Of a DNA stretch of 64,000 bases, positions 17,344 through 24,894 are shown piece after piece (the stretch's first letter is position 1; every line of letters begins with the position of its first letter). Source of the DNA: a virus; the IMG/VR virus record IMGVR_UViG_3300045051_000531. One strand, written 5' to 3'. Below the pieces are notes generated by a model. The model was not told the DNA's origin, made no database searches, and saw nothing but the letters and a program-made list of their open reading frames with translations. Both the position numbers and the translations under genes were made by a program.

Positions 17344-17420
17344 TGCAGAATGGAGGAGAGGTTGTCCTCGCTGGGCTCATATCCCAGAGACCGCTGGTTC
17401 GAATCCAGCTTCTGCACCCA
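17344..17420 (+). tRNA. tRNA-Met(CAU), initiator-like anticodon stem
   Basis: Cloverleaf; CTGGG-CTCATAT-CCCAG; encoded CCA. Confidence 0.88.
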
Positions 17421-17440
17421 TAGCCCTTCGGGGCTGCATA

Positions 17441-17625
17441 ACGGGGGTAGCGCAGTCTGGTAGCGCGTCGGGCTCTGTCATACGAGGTCTCCCATCCTTT
17501 AGCCGGGACAGTGGGATCTCAGACAACTTTAGGAGATGTTGAGACCGGGTCGGCTAAACCCGGTTTTGATGTTGCCTGAAGCGATGACCCGAAGGTCGGT
17601 GGTTCAAATCCATCACCCCGTACCA
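17441..17625 (+). tRNA. tRNA-Met(CAU), initiator-like, interrupted by a 108-nt insertion (17476-17583)
   Basis: 5' half ends TCGGG-CTC and 3' half starts ATGA-CCCGA; joining them gives a 77-nt fMet-like cloverleaf with CCA. Confidence 0.85.
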
Positions 17626-17633
17626 TTCATGGA

Positions 17634-17700
17634 ACCGCCAGACCACGTAGCCGCTGGAGCCGGTGCTCCAACGACCGCGTGGTCTGGCGGTATGTTTTTC
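17634..17700 (+). terminator. long hairpin followed by a U-tract
   Basis: Perfect 14-bp inverted repeat (17634-17647 / 17678-17691) then ATGTTTTTC. Confidence 0.55.
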
Positions 17701-17724
17701 TTTACCTATTACACAGGAGGTCAG

Positions 17725-18324
17725 ATGCGCTCAGATCTCGAAGCTTTGGTCGCCCGGTTCGCCGCCAAGGCGCACCTCGGCCAGGTCCGGAAGTACGTCG
17801 CGGCGCCGGAGATGGTGCCCTACATCTTCCACCCCGCCGCCGTCGCCGACATCGTCCGCGACTTCGGTGGAACGGAATCCATGATCTGCGCGGCGTGGCT
17901 CCACGACGTCGTCGAGGACACCCCGGTGACCTTGGCGGACATCGATAGGGAGTTCACGCGGGAATCCGGTCACGGCATCGCGGAGCTCGTCGGCTGGCTC
18001 ACCGATGTTGCCAGACCCAGCGATGGGAACCGTAAGGCTCGGGTCAAGCTGAACCGGGAGCACTCCTGGGCGGCCCCTGTGGAGGCCCAGGTCTGCAAGG
18101 TGGCGGACTGCATCCATAACACGTACAGGATCTACGTGCTGGCTCCCAAGTTCGCTCCGATCTTCATGGCCGAGATCAAGGAGCTCATGGGTGGTCTCGA
18201 TAAGGTCGACCCCAAAATCAAACAGGTCTGGTATGACATGACCGGAACCGATGCGGACGACTTCAAGTACGAGGTCGCATCGCCGGAAACCCGTCAGCTT
18301 ATCGGATCACTAACCGGGCCGTAA
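17725..18324 (+). CDS. HD-domain small alarmone hydrolase-like protein (SpoT/Mesh1-type)
   Basis: Motifs PYIFHP, AAWLHDVVEDT and CKVADCIHN; RBS GGAGG. Confidence 0.85.
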   Translation: MRSDLEALVARFAAKAHLGQVRKYVAAPEMVPYIFHPAAVADIVRDFGGTESMICAAWLHDVVEDTPVTLADIDREFTRESGHGIAELVGWLTDVARPSDGNRKARVKLNREHSWAAPVEAQVCKVADCIHNTYRIYVLAPKFAPIFMAEIKELMGGLDKVDPKIKQVWYDMTGTDADDFKYEVASPETRQLIGSLTGP

Positions 18325-18360
18325 CTGGCCCACAGCGCCCCTCGGGGCAGAAGGAGACGT

Positions 18361-18861
18361 ATGCCATCGATACTGCGTTTCGAGAAAGACGGGATCGCGT
18401 TCACCGCGTTCCTGACCAATCTGTCGTGCGCCTACCAGTTCATCGGCGAGGAGGGCGTCCTCCTCAAAGATATCTGCGAGGCGCACGAGGACTGGATGCA
18501 GCACTTCAACTTCCTGGGCTGCGCGGGCATCAAGAACGCCGTGATCCGGGCCACCGGCGCCAGCGAACCCAGGCAGTCCTTCCAGATCCGCGACCTGGAC
18601 AGCAGGAACAACCACGTCCTCAGCGTCACGTTCTCGGAGGACCACCGGATCACGGTCCTGAAGGCTCAGGAAAACAAGTGGTCGGAGTCCGCCTTCCAGA
18701 CCGCGATCCAGGATGCCAACGAGTTCCTCAAAGCCATGCAGGATGCCGAGGAGCGCGCCAAGACGAAGCGTGCCCTGGCGGAGCGCGAGGCCAGGCTGCG
18801 CGAGCAAGAGATCGATGAGGAGGCCGAGGAACGCTCCAGGATGTACGGGAGGGCCCCGTGA
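18361..18861 (+). CDS. hypothetical protein
   Basis: 166 aa with RBS AGGAG. Confidence 0.65.
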   Translation: MPSILRFEKDGIAFTAFLTNLSCAYQFIGEEGVLLKDICEAHEDWMQHFNFLGCAGIKNAVIRATGASEPRQSFQIRDLDSRNNHVLSVTFSEDHRITVLKAQENKWSESAFQTAIQDANEFLKAMQDAEERAKTKRALAEREARLREQEIDEEAEERSRMYGRAP

Positions 18862-19496
18862 ACTACCTGACCCAATTCGAGGCCGGGGAATGGCTCGGAC
18901 ACCTGAAGACCGCGATCCGAGAGTTCAGCGACATCGAGGAACGCCGGCGGCCCACGAAAAAGGAGCTCACGGAGCTCCTCTACAACGTCTTGAACACGAT
19001 GCCGACCGACCCCTGGAACGCGGATCAGGACGACCGGCTGCAGATCGTGGAGTGCGACCTCCGGGTCCACTACACGTTCACCGGGCTCTGGCTCCGGGAG
19101 GTTCGAAGGATCTCGGCGTGGTTCAAGGTAGCCCTGGAGTACGACGACTGGGCCAGGGCGCGCGATGAGAACACCGCTGAGTTGAACGAAGTCGGTGCCA
19201 AGCAGGGCTGGTATGTGGTGCACGTGCTCCGTGCGTTGGGGCACACCCCGGACGTGTACAAGTATGACGATGCCACGTTAGGCAGGCACTTCTGGGCCAA
19301 GGCTTCCGAGGGCCACAATACGTACGACCCGATCTCCAAGTGGAAGCGACTGGACCACATCCAGGGCAACCTGGATAACGTCAACAAGGTCATACGTACC
19401 CAAGGGTTGAACTACGACCGGCACACCCGGCGGGAGAAGCTGGAGCAAGGGAAGGCCGAGCTTTTGGACAAGATCAGCAGGCGAGTCGTCGCTTAA
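18858..19496 (+). CDS. hypothetical protein
   Basis: 212 aa, GTGA coupling. Confidence 0.65.
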   Translation: MNYLTQFEAGEWLGHLKTAIREFSDIEERRRPTKKELTELLYNVLNTMPTDPWNADQDDRLQIVECDLRVHYTFTGLWLREVRRISAWFKVALEYDDWARARDENTAELNEVGAKQGWYVVHVLRALGHTPDVYKYDDATLGRHFWAKASEGHNTYDPISKWKRLDHIQGNLDNVNKVIRTQGLNYDRHTRREKLEQGKAELLDKISRRVVA

Positions 19497-19566
19497 ACAG
19501 TCACCTATCAAGCCCATGTCGAGAAGGTCTCGGCGTGGCAGCGCAATCACCCCCACAGGAGACCAT

Positions 19567-19812
19567 ATGCGCAAACACATCAATCCCATTTCCGGCCGGG
19601 CCGGTTTCGAGACGGTCGAGGTGCTCATCGCCCTCGTCCTGCTCATCGCCGTGGCCGTGCTGCTGGTCCCGGCGTTCGTCGACCTGCGCCCGGAGCGCGA
19701 GGTCATGACGGCGCCGAAGCCGGTGGCCACGGTGGCCAAGCCGGTCGTCAAGCCGGCCAAGCCCGTGGTCAAAGAGGCCCCCAAGGAGACGACGCCGTCG
19801 CCGCGGCACTAG
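19567..19812 (+). CDS. small prepilin-like protein with class III signal peptide
   Basis: MRKHINPISGRAG|FETVEVLIALVLLIAVAVLLVPAF, then a Pro/Lys-rich tail; RBS AGGAG. Confidence 0.6.
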   Translation: MRKHINPISGRAGFETVEVLIALVLLIAVAVLLVPAFVDLRPEREVMTAPKPVATVAKPVVKPAKPVVKEAPKETTPSPRH

Positions 19813-19980
19813 TGCCGTGATCTGAGCTCTTTCTCATCTTTCCCTGCAGAGGGGCACCCGGATGGACCGGGTGCTAATGCCCCCGCGGTGGCCCGCGGAC
19901 CGTCCCAAGGCGGCTATTGCAAGTCTGAGATCTGTCATTAGTGTTCCGTCGTTGACAACTAAACGCAATACCATGGTTAT

Positions 19981-20051
19981 GGCGGGGAGCCTCAGAGGTC
20001 GGCTGGTCTCATAAGCCAGCTTAGATGGTTCGACTCCATCCCCCGCAACCA
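19981..20051 (+). tRNA. tRNA-Met/Ile2-like (CAU) with truncated D-arm
   Basis: Loop CTCATAA, T-loop TTCGACT, encoded CCA; D-arm has only a 3-nt loop; G1.A72 mismatch. Confidence 0.65.
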
Positions 20052-20055
20052 CTTA

Positions 20056-20118
20056 GAGGCGCAGCGGCGTCAGGGTTACTTCTTGGAACGAAACACACCC
20101 TGGCTTCATTCTCGCCTC
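20056..20118 (+). ncRNA. Y-RNA-like unit 1 (short)
   Basis: Paired termini GAGGC/GCCTC with shared CAGCGG, GTTACTTC and ATTCTC motifs. Confidence 0.7.
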
Positions 20119-20130
20119 GTTGACAACTTC

Positions 20131-20250
20131 GCCGGCAGCGGTGATCGGGTTACTTCTTTAGTAAAGAAGAGGTCGTTGGTTCGAGTCCAACCAGGGGCAA
20201 CCCTGTAGCTCAGTGGCAGAGCGCTAAACACCTGATCTTTATTCTCCGGC
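20131..20250 (+). ncRNA. Y-RNA-like unit 2 with permuted tRNA module
   Basis: Shared motifs plus anticodon-like arm, T-arm, capped acceptor hairpin and D-arm. Confidence 0.78.
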
Positions 20251-20260
20251 TTTTAGCTTC

Positions 20261-20384
20261 GGCAGTAGCGGTGATTGGGGTTACTTCTCTGATAAAGAAA
20301 AGACCTGGGTTCGACTCCCAGCAGGGCTTCGGCTCTGTAGCTCAACGGTAGAGCGTAAAAACACCTCGATCTATATTCTCTGCC
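20261..20384 (+). ncRNA. Y-RNA-like unit 3 with permuted tRNA module
   Basis: Same architecture as unit 2; loop CTGATAA. Confidence 0.78.
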
Positions 20385-20395
20385 TTTTCAATTTC

Positions 20396-20519
20396 GGGCG
20401 CAGCGGTTCTAGAGTTACTTCTATCCAATCTGCTGGACCGGTTCGACTCCGGAAGGTCATAGACCTTAGTGTAACGGCAGCACAGCGGACCCAAAAGCCT
20501 CTAGGCAGTATTCTCGCCC
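20396..20519 (+). ncRNA. Y-RNA-like unit 4 with permuted tRNA module
   Basis: Shared motifs, T-arm, acceptor hairpin and D-arm; anticodon-like stem poorly paired. Confidence 0.72.
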
Positions 20520-20528
20520 TTGTTCTTC

Positions 20529-20657
20529 GGTGGCAGCGGTGGTCGCGTTACTTCTATACTAAAGAAAAGGTCGGTAGGTTCGACTCCTACCCCAGGGGGC
20601 CAGATCCCCTGGTAGCTCAGCGGTAGAGCGTAAAACACGCGGCTTATATTCTCCACC
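20529..20657 (+). ncRNA. Y-RNA-like unit 5 with permuted tRNA module
   Basis: Same architecture as unit 2; loop ATACTAA. Confidence 0.78.
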
Positions 20658-20666
20658 TTGTCTCTC

Positions 20667-20732
20667 GGTCGCAGCGGCGTCACGGTTACTTCTCTCATAA
20701 AGAAACAACCACCGTGGCGGCTATTCTCGACC
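20667..20732 (+). ncRNA. Y-RNA-like unit 6 (short)
   Basis: Shared motifs; TTCT-CTCATAA-AGAA stem-loop. Confidence 0.7.
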
Positions 20733-20741
20733 TTTCTCCTC

Positions 20742-20803
20742 GCTGGTAGCGGTGCCCCGGTTACTTCAGCCATACGAAACCACCGGTGCGATTATTCTCC
20801 AGC
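20742..20803 (+). ncRNA. Y-RNA-like unit 7 (short)
   Basis: Shared motifs; paired termini GCTG/CAGC. Confidence 0.68.
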
Positions 20804-20813
20804 TTTTCACCCG

Positions 20814-20846
20814 AAGCCCGACGGTAACCCCGTCGGGTTTCTTTTT
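20814..20846 (+). terminator. intrinsic terminator after the ncRNA array
   Basis: GCCCGACGG/CCGTCGGGT stem followed by TTTCTTTTT. Confidence 0.65.
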
Positions 20847-20859
20847 CGAAGGGAGCCCT

Positions 20860-22401
20860 ATGGGCAGGTTCGCAACAAATCCGGCGCTCGCCGCCGGTGC
20901 GGTTCGCGCCGCTGATACCACGAACGCGGCCGGAGGCCGCGCCTACGCCAACGACCCGAAGACGTCGCTGGCCATCCAGCTCGTGTCGAGCTTCGCCTCC
21001 GGTGACCACTACCGGGACGAGGCCGCCCAGCTCAAGGGTCTCCTGGACGCCGTCCAGAAGGTCCCCGATCTCCAGTGGGTCGCCAAGGCGGCGATCTATG
21101 CCCGCGACGTCATGGGCATGAGGACCACGAGCCACTTCGTGACGGCCTGCATCGCGGTCTTGGGCCACGGCCAGCCTTGGCTCAGGAAGTTCTACCAGCG
21201 CGTCGTCCTGCGCCCCGACGATATGTGCGAAGTGTTGGGGGCGTACTGGATGCTGAAGGGCCACACCGGGAAGGGCAAGACGGCGGTGCCGAACGCGCTG
21301 AAGCGCGGCTTCGCGGACCGCTTCGCCCAGCTCACCGGGTACGCCCTGGCGAAGTACCGCGGCGGTGGCCGCGCCGTCAAGCTGATCGACGTGGCCCGCT
21401 TGGTCCACGCCAAGGGCGACCTGGTCACCCAGCTCTGCAAGGGCACCCTGCCCCCGGCGGAGACCTGGGAGGTCGGGATCTCCGGCGCCGGCGATGCCGC
21501 GGCTCGTACCAAGGTCTGGGGCGACCTGCTCCGCACCGGCAAGCTGGGCTACATGGCCACGATGCGGAACCTCCGCAACATCGCCAAGGACGCCCCGGAT
21601 CACCTCGCAGCGGCCCTGGAGGTCATCCGTGACACGGAACGGATGCGCAAGGCCCGGGTGTTCCCGTTCCGCCTGTTCACGGCCTACCGGCTCTTCGAGA
21701 CCACTGAAGGTGCCGAAGGTCTGACCAGGGCCCAGATCCGCGAGATCCACGAGGCCCTCTCGGTGGCCCTGGACGCCTCGACAACCACGGTTCCTAAGTT
21801 CGAGGGCGACTCCTTGGTCGTCATCGACACCTCGGGGTCCATGGAGTCCACGGTGTCCCAGAAGTCGTCGGTCCGCTGCGTCGAGGCAGCGGCGGTCATG
21901 GGGGCCACGGTGCGCCGCCAGAACCCGAAGTGCGACATGGCGATCTTCGCGGACACCTCGAAGTACATCACCACGGGCCCCGCGGCCCGCCCGGTGGTGG
22001 ACGTCGTCGCAGGGGTCCTCGGCAAGATCGGTGACGTCGGGCACGGCACCAACATGAGCTCGATCTTCGGGCTCATCGATCTGGCGCAGTTCAGGCGCAT
22101 CTTCGTGATGTCCGACATGCAGAGCTGGTACGGGGACGAGACTGCGGCCACGAACTGGCTGAACAGGAACCCCAAGAACCACCTCTACGTGTGGAACCTG
22201 CATGGCGACGGGTCCACCCTGGCGGCCCCGGAGAACAAGCGGGTCATCCAGCTCGGCGGGTTCAGCGACAGGATCTGGGATACGATCCCGATGCTGGAGC
22301 AGGGCCCCGCAGGTCTGGTCCAGGCGATCGACGCCTGGGACCCCTGGGCGAAGAAGGCGGCCGATGCCGCCGAGGATCCCGGGGCGGACCCGGTTTCCTG
22401 A
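20860..22401 (+). CDS. rsr: Ro60/Rsr-like TROVE-domain RNA-binding protein with C-terminal VWA domain
   Basis: TTNAAGGRAY, ETWEV..S, LGYMATMRNLRNI, PFRLFTAY, and MIDAS-like IDTSGSM ... VMSDMQ. Confidence 0.92.
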   Translation: MGRFATNPALAAGAVRAADTTNAAGGRAYANDPKTSLAIQLVSSFASGDHYRDEAAQLKGLLDAVQKVPDLQWVAKAAIYARDVMGMRTTSHFVTACIAVLGHGQPWLRKFYQRVVLRPDDMCEVLGAYWMLKGHTGKGKTAVPNALKRGFADRFAQLTGYALAKYRGGGRAVKLIDVARLVHAKGDLVTQLCKGTLPPAETWEVGISGAGDAAARTKVWGDLLRTGKLGYMATMRNLRNIAKDAPDHLAAALEVIRDTERMRKARVFPFRLFTAYRLFETTEGAEGLTRAQIREIHEALSVALDASTTTVPKFEGDSLVVIDTSGSMESTVSQKSSVRCVEAAAVMGATVRRQNPKCDMAIFADTSKYITTGPAARPVVDVVAGVLGKIGDVGHGTNMSSIFGLIDLAQFRRIFVMSDMQSWYGDETAATNWLNRNPKNHLYVWNLHGDGSTLAAPENKRVIQLGGFSDRIWDTIPMLEQGPAGLVQAIDAWDPWAKKAADAAEDPGADPVS

Positions 22402-22422
22402 TCTCATCAACAACGGAAAGCA

Positions 22423-22459
22423 GACGACGCCGTGGTGATCCCACGGCGTCGTCGTTTTC
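22423..22459 (+). terminator. intrinsic terminator
   Basis: 13-bp stem GACGACGCCGTGG/CCACGGCGTCGTC followed by GTTTTC. Confidence 0.6.
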
Positions 22460-22478
22460 ACAGACGAAAGGAGCCACT

Positions 22479-22997
22479 ATGTGGCTGCACGTGTTACTGG
22501 CTATCGCCTCGGTCCTGCTCAGCGCCGCTGAGCCCGAGCTCCCCATCGGCGCCCAGCGCGCCTTGGGATCCTACAACACCGCTGAGACCTCGGCCCGCGC
22601 CGCCTTGGTCAAGTCGCTGGAGGCCGAGCAGGCCAAGGCGACCAAGGCCAACAAGCTCGATGAAGCCCTCGCGATCCGCGCACTCATCGAGAAAGCGCAA
22701 GCCGGGGAACCGCTCCCCGCACCAGCCAAAGATGATCTCCTCGGCGACGGCGCCGGAAAGTCGGTCTTCGTCGGTAAGTATGAGGGCAAGATCAAGCTGG
22801 AACTTCTAGCAGATGGATCTGCTACGACTCCATGGCAGCGAGTGCCAGGTAAATGGACCGTCGAAGGTGGCAAGGCTGTGGTCCGTTGGACTACAGGTCA
22901 GATCGACTACATGAGCCCACCCGATAAAGACGGCGTCTTCGAAGTCGTGAACGGCGAGGGGCAGCGATATCAGCAGCGCAAGGAGGCCAAGAAGTGA
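22479..22997 (+). CDS. secreted or membrane-anchored hypothetical protein
   Basis: Signal-peptide-like MWLHVLLAIASVLLSAAE, then helical and beta regions. Confidence 0.6.
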   Translation: MWLHVLLAIASVLLSAAEPELPIGAQRALGSYNTAETSARAALVKSLEAEQAKATKANKLDEALAIRALIEKAQAGEPLPAPAKDDLLGDGAGKSVFVGKYEGKIKLELLADGSATTPWQRVPGKWTVEGGKAVVRWTTGQIDYMSPPDKDGVFEVVNGEGQRYQQRKEAKK

Positions 22998-23115
22998 AGT
23001 GCCTCCACATCGCCCTGATCTCGGGCATCCTGGGGCTCGGCATCGGCCTCGCCCTGGGGGCCACGATCGCGTCCCGCCAACTCAGCAACCAGGCCCACGA
23101 GGCCGGGAGGTCCAA

Positions 23116-24030
23116 GTGACGTTCAGGTACCAGTTCTCGGTGGATCCCCTCAACGCGGCCCACGTCGGGGCCCTGGGGACGATCTTCAAGGTCCTCTCGG
23201 ATGCCGGGATCAAGATCATCGCCGGGGCCCCCGAGGCGGCCCAGCAACCGGTTCCGGCTCCGGCGCACCCCGTGCAGCCGCAGAAGGTCGACCGGCTGCC
23301 GAAGCCCCGTCGGGTCACCAAGTCGCAGTCCCCGAAGAAGACCGGTATTCCACCGGTGGACGTCGACATCGTAAGCGAGTCCCTGGACCGCAAACTGGTG
23401 GTGCGGCGCCGCGACAACGGTGAAGAGCTCCTCTCCAACCTCGGGCTCGCCGAGGTTCTCGGGATCTCATACAAGGCCTGCAAGATGCAGGACCGCCGGC
23501 TGACCTCGCTGTGGGTCAAGGCGTCGACCCAGAAGCCGTTCGTGGCGGCACCGATCCGCGGGCTCTGGGAGGCCCTGCGCGGCATCCAGTGCCTCGGCAT
23601 CGACAAGTTCCCCGATGAGGCCTCGTTCCTCAAGGACGTCGCCGCGCTGCGAACGCTGGGGAACAAGGAGCCCGAGAGCAAGGGCCCCGAGGAGATCGTG
23701 ACGCCGCAGGAGCCCGATCCACCGGCATTGCCGCCGGTGCCTCAGGCCAGGCCGGTGGCAGTTGTGGCCCAAGCCGCTGCAGCGGTGGTGAAGAAGGGAC
23801 CCAAAATCCCTGTAATCACCAACAACTCGTCGATTCGTGACATCGATGAGGTCGTCGAGTTCCTCAAGGGCTCCATGACCCACACCAACGGCGGCAAGTG
23901 TCTCCGGATCTGGACCCCCAGGGGTTCCACGGAGCTCGGGGTCGGCTGGAAACACGTCCCCAGGGCCGTGTTCCGGAAGCTGAACCGTTGGGTCGAAGAT
24001 CAGCTCGAAGCGGAAGGCCGGCACCGCTAG
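23116..24030 (+). CDS. hypothetical protein
   Basis: Likely GTG start after GGGAGG; about 304 aa. Confidence 0.6.
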   Translation: MTFRYQFSVDPLNAAHVGALGTIFKVLSDAGIKIIAGAPEAAQQPVPAPAHPVQPQKVDRLPKPRRVTKSQSPKKTGIPPVDVDIVSESLDRKLVVRRRDNGEELLSNLGLAEVLGISYKACKMQDRRLTSLWVKASTQKPFVAAPIRGLWEALRGIQCLGIDKFPDEASFLKDVAALRTLGNKEPESKGPEEIVTPQEPDPPALPPVPQARPVAVVAQAAAAVVKKGPKIPVITNNSSIRDIDEVVEFLKGSMTHTNGGKCLRIWTPRGSTELGVGWKHVPRAVFRKLNRWVEDQLEAEGRHR

Positions 24031-24090
24031 ATCAACTGTTGGCCCACCAGGACATGGCATCCTGGTGGGCCCCGAACCACTGGAGAACAC

Positions 24091-24300
24091 ATGCATCATA
24101 AACTTAACGAACTTGAACTGCGCCGGGATCAGCTCGGCCAGATGATCTGCGCGATGCCCGACGACGTCACCTTACTCGAGGCTGAACTCGAGCAGGTCGA
24201 GGGCGCCATCGCTGTGATCGAAGCCGATAACAGGCGTGCCACCATCCAGGTGGTCGTCGCCGAGGCTGCGGAACCCGAGCTCGTCCGGAGTCCTGCTTGA
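24091..24300 (+). CDS. hypothetical protein
   Basis: 69 aa with RBS GGAG. Confidence 0.55.
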   Translation: MHHKLNELELRRDQLGQMICAMPDDVTLLEAELEQVEGAIAVIEADNRRATIQVVVAEAAEPELVRSPA

Positions 24301-24845
24301 TCCCCGACGCGGACCGGATCACGGAGATGTTCCACGCGATGCACTCGCATCGCGGGATCATCACCGAGAAACGGCAGACCGAGTTCCGGCTGCTCCTGGT
24401 TCCTGGGAAGATCCCGTTGCCGGCAGCCATGGATGCCGTGGAAGCCATCGAGGGCAACACGATCCAGGGCGACATCGAGATCCGCCCGGAGCGGACCGTG
24501 TCGGCGTGGTCCGTTCTGAAGTCATCTGCAGGTATGATTTCCGGCTATCTGTGCCGGACGATCCGGGAGACCCTGGAGCGCCTGGAGCGCGTCGGGTCGT
24601 TGGAGAAGATCGAAGAGACCGAGCACGGCGCGATACGCCGGCTGGTCGCCGCACTGGGGCTCATCGAACCCCTAATGCGGCTTGATCGCAGGTGGATCCT
24701 GCTCGGCCATGATCACGTCGAGGATCTCCTCGACAAAGTCACCAAGCTCTACGCCGCGGTTCCCGAACAGGATCGCAGCTCGTTTCCTCTCGTCGATCTC
24801 GAAGCCCTCGCCACCTGGCGAGATGAGGTCGTCGAAGGCGTCTAG
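24297..24845 (+). CDS. hypothetical protein
   Basis: 182 aa, TTGA coupling. Confidence 0.55.
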   Translation: MIPDADRITEMFHAMHSHRGIITEKRQTEFRLLLVPGKIPLPAAMDAVEAIEGNTIQGDIEIRPERTVSAWSVLKSSAGMISGYLCRTIRETLERLERVGSLEKIEETEHGAIRRLVAALGLIEPLMRLDRRWILLGHDHVEDLLDKVTKLYAAVPEQDRSSFPLVDLEALATWRDEVVEGV

Positions 24846-24894
24846 GTTGAACCCATCCCCGCTAGCTGGACGGATATATCCAGCAGGAGTACCC

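Noticed and set aside
17476-17583. Hammerhead, twister, pistol or group II identity for the tRNA insertion
   Set aside because: Core motifs (CUGANGA/GAAA, GUGCG start, domain V) are absent by eye; only the group-I-like topology was retained, as a hypothesis.
17536-17724. 63-codon N-terminal extension of the HD protein
   Set aside because: It runs through the tRNA insertion, tRNA 3' half and terminator; its AGGAG abuts the ATG with no spacing; a proper RBS precedes 17725.
19952-19980. Sigma70 promoter at TTGACA before the CAU tRNA and ncRNA array
   Set aside because: No acceptable -10 element at 16-18-nt spacing.
20131-20657. Calling units 2-5 ordinary or pseudo tRNAs
   Set aside because: Arm order is permuted (anticodon, T, capped acceptor, D) and there is no free CCA end.
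20752-20859. Longer N-terminus for Ro60
   Set aside because: It overlaps ncRNA unit 7 and the terminator; RBS GGGAG precedes the ATG at 20860.
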